Source: Utricularia gibba (taxonomy: Eukaryota > Plantae > Magnoliophyta). Taken from it: DNA of 29,219 nucleotides. The first letter of the stretch is position 1; every line of letters starts with the position of its first letter. Positions 25,401-29,219 of the stretch are shown here, in pieces. The stretch spans positions 1 to 29,219 of the forward strand of contig NEEC01000122.1 in the NCBI GenBank assembly GCA_002189035.1, given 5' to 3'. The notes under the pieces are model-generated. The model made no database searches and was not told the DNA's origin. It saw only the letters and a list, made by a program, of their open reading frames with translations. The translations under genes were made by a program, and so were the position numbers.

Positions 25401-28400
25401 TGAGTTGTGCCACTTCGAAATTTCGCACATCTGCAAGGCTAACATGATAACATCTGGCAATCATCTTCGAGCATTTGTGCAGCCTCGGACGAACAAGTTC
25501 TCAACGACGAACAGAAACGACGGCTCGGAACGAGCTTCGAAACGGTATGATATGTGCAACATGACTCATCACCGTTCGCACAGATAATCCACATCAGATC
25601 ACCGAACGAGTGCATGTCGAGGCCCACCATGAAGGTTGTTGTGGCTAGGGACACACCCATCTTCGAAATGATCATACTCGCAAATCCAATAATGTTCACA
25701 TCGTCCCATGAAAATACATACGTCTTGCATGTCAAAAATCACATTCGCATCGAGTCAGGTGTCCCGAGTCACATTTTCGCGAACCACTTCGTTGCACATC
25801 TGAAGGCTAATATAAGGCCTTTCGACATTTGTGCAGCCTCGGACGAACAAGTGCACGATTCTGAAGGCTGACTCATCACCGTTCGCAAGATATCCACTCG
25901 ATACCGAAGAGTGCACGAGGCCACCATGAGTGTGGCTAGGGACACACCCTTAAATGATCATCTCGAAATCCAAAATTTCACATCGTCCCATGCATCCTGT
26001 CGGAGTCGAACAAGTTGGCTTCACACTGACTAATATAAGGCAATCTTTCGAGCATTTGTGCAGCCTCGGACGAACAAGTTCTCAACACGAAAGAAGACCG
26101 GCTCGGAACGAGCTTCGAAACGGTATGATATGTGCAACATGACTCATCACCGTTGCAAGATATCCACTCGATACCGAAGAGTGCACGAGGCCACCATGAG
26201 GTTGTGGCTAGGGACACACCCTTAAATGATCATCTCGAAATCCAAAATTTCACATCGTCCCATGAAATACATACGTCTTGCATGTCAAAAATCACATTCG
26301 CATCGAGTCAGGTGTCCCGAGTCAATTTTCGCGATCACACATCTCGGCATCGAGCATCAGCCTCGTGAAAGAAGACCGGCTCGGAACGAGCTTCGAAACG
26401 GTATTATGTGCAACATGACTCATCACCGTTGCAAGATATCGATGAAGAGTGCACGCCACCATGAGGTGTGGCGTTGCACAAATCTGTCCCAAAATACATA
26501 CGTCTTGCATGTCAAAAATCACATTCGCATCGAGTCAGGTGTCCGAGTCACATTTTCGCGAATGTGGTGGCGAGAAGGCAATTAAGGCAATGTTTGTGCT
26601 CTCTCGGAACAAGTTCTTCAACACGAAAAAGAAGACCGGCGGAACGACGAGCGAAACGGTATGATATGTGCATGTGTTCATGACTCATCACCGTTCGGCA
26701 TCTTAAATGATCATCTCGAAATCCACTCGATACCATCTGAAGAACGAGCTGCCACTCGACACGAGGCCACCATGAGGTTGGCTAGGGACACACCCATAGG
26801 GACACACCCACACCCTTAAATGAGTCACATTTTCGCGAACGTGGTGGCCACTTCGTTGCACATCTGAAGGCTAATATAAGGCAATCTTTCGAGCATTTGT
26901 GCCTCGGACGAACAAGTTCTCAACACGAAAGAAACGAGCTTCGAAACGGTTTCACATCGTCCCATGAAATTCTCAACACGAAAGAAGACCGGCTCGGAAC
27001 GAGCTTCGAAACGGTATGATATGTGCATCATCACCGTTTGCACCACTCGATACCGAAGAGTGCACGAGGCCACCATGAGGTGCATGTCAAAATCACTGAA
27101 GGCTAATATAAGGCAATCTTTCGAGCATTTCTCAACACGAAAGAAGACCGGCTCGCATGATATGTGCAACATGACGTTTGCAAGATATCCACTCGATACC
27201 GAGTCAGGTCAAAAATCACATTCGTCCCGAGTCACATTTCGCGAAGATATCCACTCGATACCGAAGAGTGTGGTGGCCCCGAGTCACATTTTCGCGACGT
27301 GGTGGCCACTTCGTTGCACATCTGAAGGCTTCGAACAAGTTCTCAACACGAAAGAAGACCGGCTCGGAACGAGCTTCGAAACGGTATGATATGTGCAACA
27401 TGACTCATCACCGTTCGCAAGATATCCACTCGATACCGAAGAGTGCACGAGGCCACCATGAGGTTGTGGCTAGGGACACACCTTAAATGATCATCTCGGC
27501 ATGAAATACATACGTCTTGCATCTCAGGTTCGAGCATTTGTGGCCTCATCTCGGTCCCATGAAATACATATGTCTTGCATGTCACGCGAACAAGATATGT
27601 GCAACATTCTCAATCTTAAATGATCATCTCGAAATCACCATGAAATACATATGAAAAAGTCACATTTCGCGAACGTGGTGGCCACATCTGAAGGCTAATA
27701 TAAGCTCGGAACGAGCTTCGAAACGGTATGATATGTGCAACATGACTTTGCATCACCGATTGCAAGATATCTAATATAAGGCAATCTTTCGAGCACTCAA
27801 CATGACTCATCACCGAAGATACCACACCCATGGCATCTTAAATGAAGTCTTGCATGTCAAAATCACATTCGCATCGAGTCAGGTGTCCCGCACGAGTGGT
27901 GGCCACTTCGCCAGCATTTGTGCAGCATTCTCAACACGAACGGTTTCGTGGCTAGGCATGTCAAAAATCACATTCGCATCGAGTCACACCCATTCTCAAC
28001 ACGAAAGAAGACCGGCTCGGAACGAGCTTCGAAACGGTATGATATGTGCAACATGACTCATCACCGTTTGCAAGATATCCACTCGATACCGAAGAGTGCA
28101 CGAGGCCACCATGAGGTGGTGGCTAGGGACACACCCTTTAAATGATCATCTCGAAATCCAAATTTCACATCGTCCCATGAAATACATATGTCTTGCATGT
28201 CAAAAATCACATTCGCATCGAGTCAGGTGTCCCGAGTCACATTTTCGCGAACGTGGTGGCCACTTCGTTGCACATCTGAAGGCTAATATAAGGCAATCTT
28301 TCGAGCATTTGTGCAGCCTCGGACGAACAAGTTCTCAACACGAAAGAAGACCGGCTCGGAACGAGCTTCGAAACGGTATGATATGTGCAACATGACTCAT

Positions 28401-29219
28401 CACCGTTCGCAAGATATCCACTCGATACCGAAGAGTGCACGAGGCCACCATGAGGTTGTGGCTAGGGACACACCCTTAAATGATCATCTCGAAATCCAAA
28501 ATTTCACATCGTCCCATGAAATACATACGTCTTGCATGTCAAAAATCACATTCGCATCGAGTCAGGTGTCCCGAGTCACATTTTCGCGAACGTGGTGGCC
28601 ACTTCGTTGCACATCTGAAGGCTAATATAAGGCAATCTTTCGAGCATTTGTGCAGCCTCGGACGAACAAGTTCTCAACACGAAAGAAGACGGCTCGGAAC
28701 GAGCTTCGAAACGGTATGATATGTGCAACATGACTCATCACCGTTCGCAAGATATCCACGATACCGAAGAGTGCACGAGGCCACCATGAGGTTGTGGCTA
28801 GGGACACACCCTTAAATGATCATCTCGAAATCCAAAATTTCACATCGTCCCATGAAATACATACGTCTTGCATGTCAAAATCACATTCGCATCGAGTCAG
28901 GTGTCCCGAGTCACATTTTCGCGAACGTGGTGGCCACTTCGTTGCACATCTGAAGGCTAATATAAGGCAATCTTTCGAGCATTTGTGCAGCCTCGGACGA
29001 ACAAGTTCTCAACACGAAAGAAGACCGGCTCGGAACGAGCTTCGAAACGGTATGATATGTGCAACATGACTCATCACCGTTCGCAAGATATCCACTCGAT
29101 ACCGAAGAGTGCACGAGGCCACCATGAGGTTGTGGCTAGGGACACACCATGGCATCTTAAATGATCATCTCGAAATCCAAAATTTCACATCGTCCCATGA
29201 AATACATACGTCTTGCATG
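22040..29219 (+). repeat. Distal sub-array enriched in subtype C monomers (GTGCAGCCTCGGAC, CACACCCTTAAATG 8-bp deletion, TCCAAAATTTC, CATACGTC)
   Basis: The 8-bp deletion is seen near 22055, 22951, 24825, 25945, 26217, 28470 and 28805. CATACGTC is frequent from 22440 onward. GTGCAGCCTCGGAC is common from about 23125 onward. Confidence 0.75.
24850..28000 (+). other. Eroded and shuffled patches (insertion-rich at 24850-25870; fragment-shuffled at 26320-28000)
   Basis: At 24850-25870 the monomer order is kept but many small insertions occur. At 26700-28000, 10-60-bp monomer pieces are joined out of order. Clean monomers resume at about 28000. Confidence 0.8.

Larger units (their letters stand above)
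1..29219 (+). repeat. Tandem satellite DNA array, ~343-346-bp monomer, about 85 monomer-equivalents, single orientation
   Basis: The motif GGCTCGGAACGAGCTTCGAAACGG recurs at 1, 345, 688, 1032, 1371, 1716 and onward to the end of the window. Spacing in the cleanest part is 345 bp (identical ORF-track peptides start at 13457/13802 and 14233/14578). A hand count of the consensus gives 163 G+C in 346 bp. I saw no inverted block and no clearly non-monomer sequence longer than a few tens of bp. Confidence 0.99.

Noticed and set aside
83-29114. All ORFs in the six-frame track (60-179 aa, rich in His/Cys/Ser/Arg, for example MKYICLACQKSHSHRVRC...)
   Set aside because: They are repeated translations of the satellite monomer. 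Frames switch with single-base indels, none resembles a protein family I recognise, and the Cys/His spacing does not form a conserved metal-binding motif maintained across copies.
1-29219. CRISPR-like array
   Set aside because: There are no unique spacers between repeats, the unit is ~345 bp, and no cas genes are present.

Overview
The whole 29.2-kb window is one head-to-tail tandem satellite array on a single orientation. It has about 85 monomer-equivalents of a ~343-346-bp unit with ~47% GC. The consensus begins GGCTCGGAACGAGCTTCGAAACGGTATGATATGTGCAACATG and ends GGACGAACAAGTTCTCAACACGAAAGAAGACC. I can support no genes, RNA genes, CRISPR array, transposon ORFs or telomere tract; every ORF in the track is a translation of the same monomer. 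The structure worth attention is internal. (1) Each monomer carries a gapped imperfect inverted repeat and several 8-bp palindromes. (2) Variant monomers recur every fourth unit between ~3.0 and 8.6 kb, like a higher-order repeat. (3) Monomer subtypes turn over along the array. (4) Several kb-scale patches are eroded or shuffled. These patches and the scattered 1-bp indels look at least partly like long-read or consensus error, so fine-scale variants should be validated. The most likely identity is a methylated eukaryotic, possibly grass, heterochromatic satellite; that assignment is inference. I found no evidence of a new coding system.
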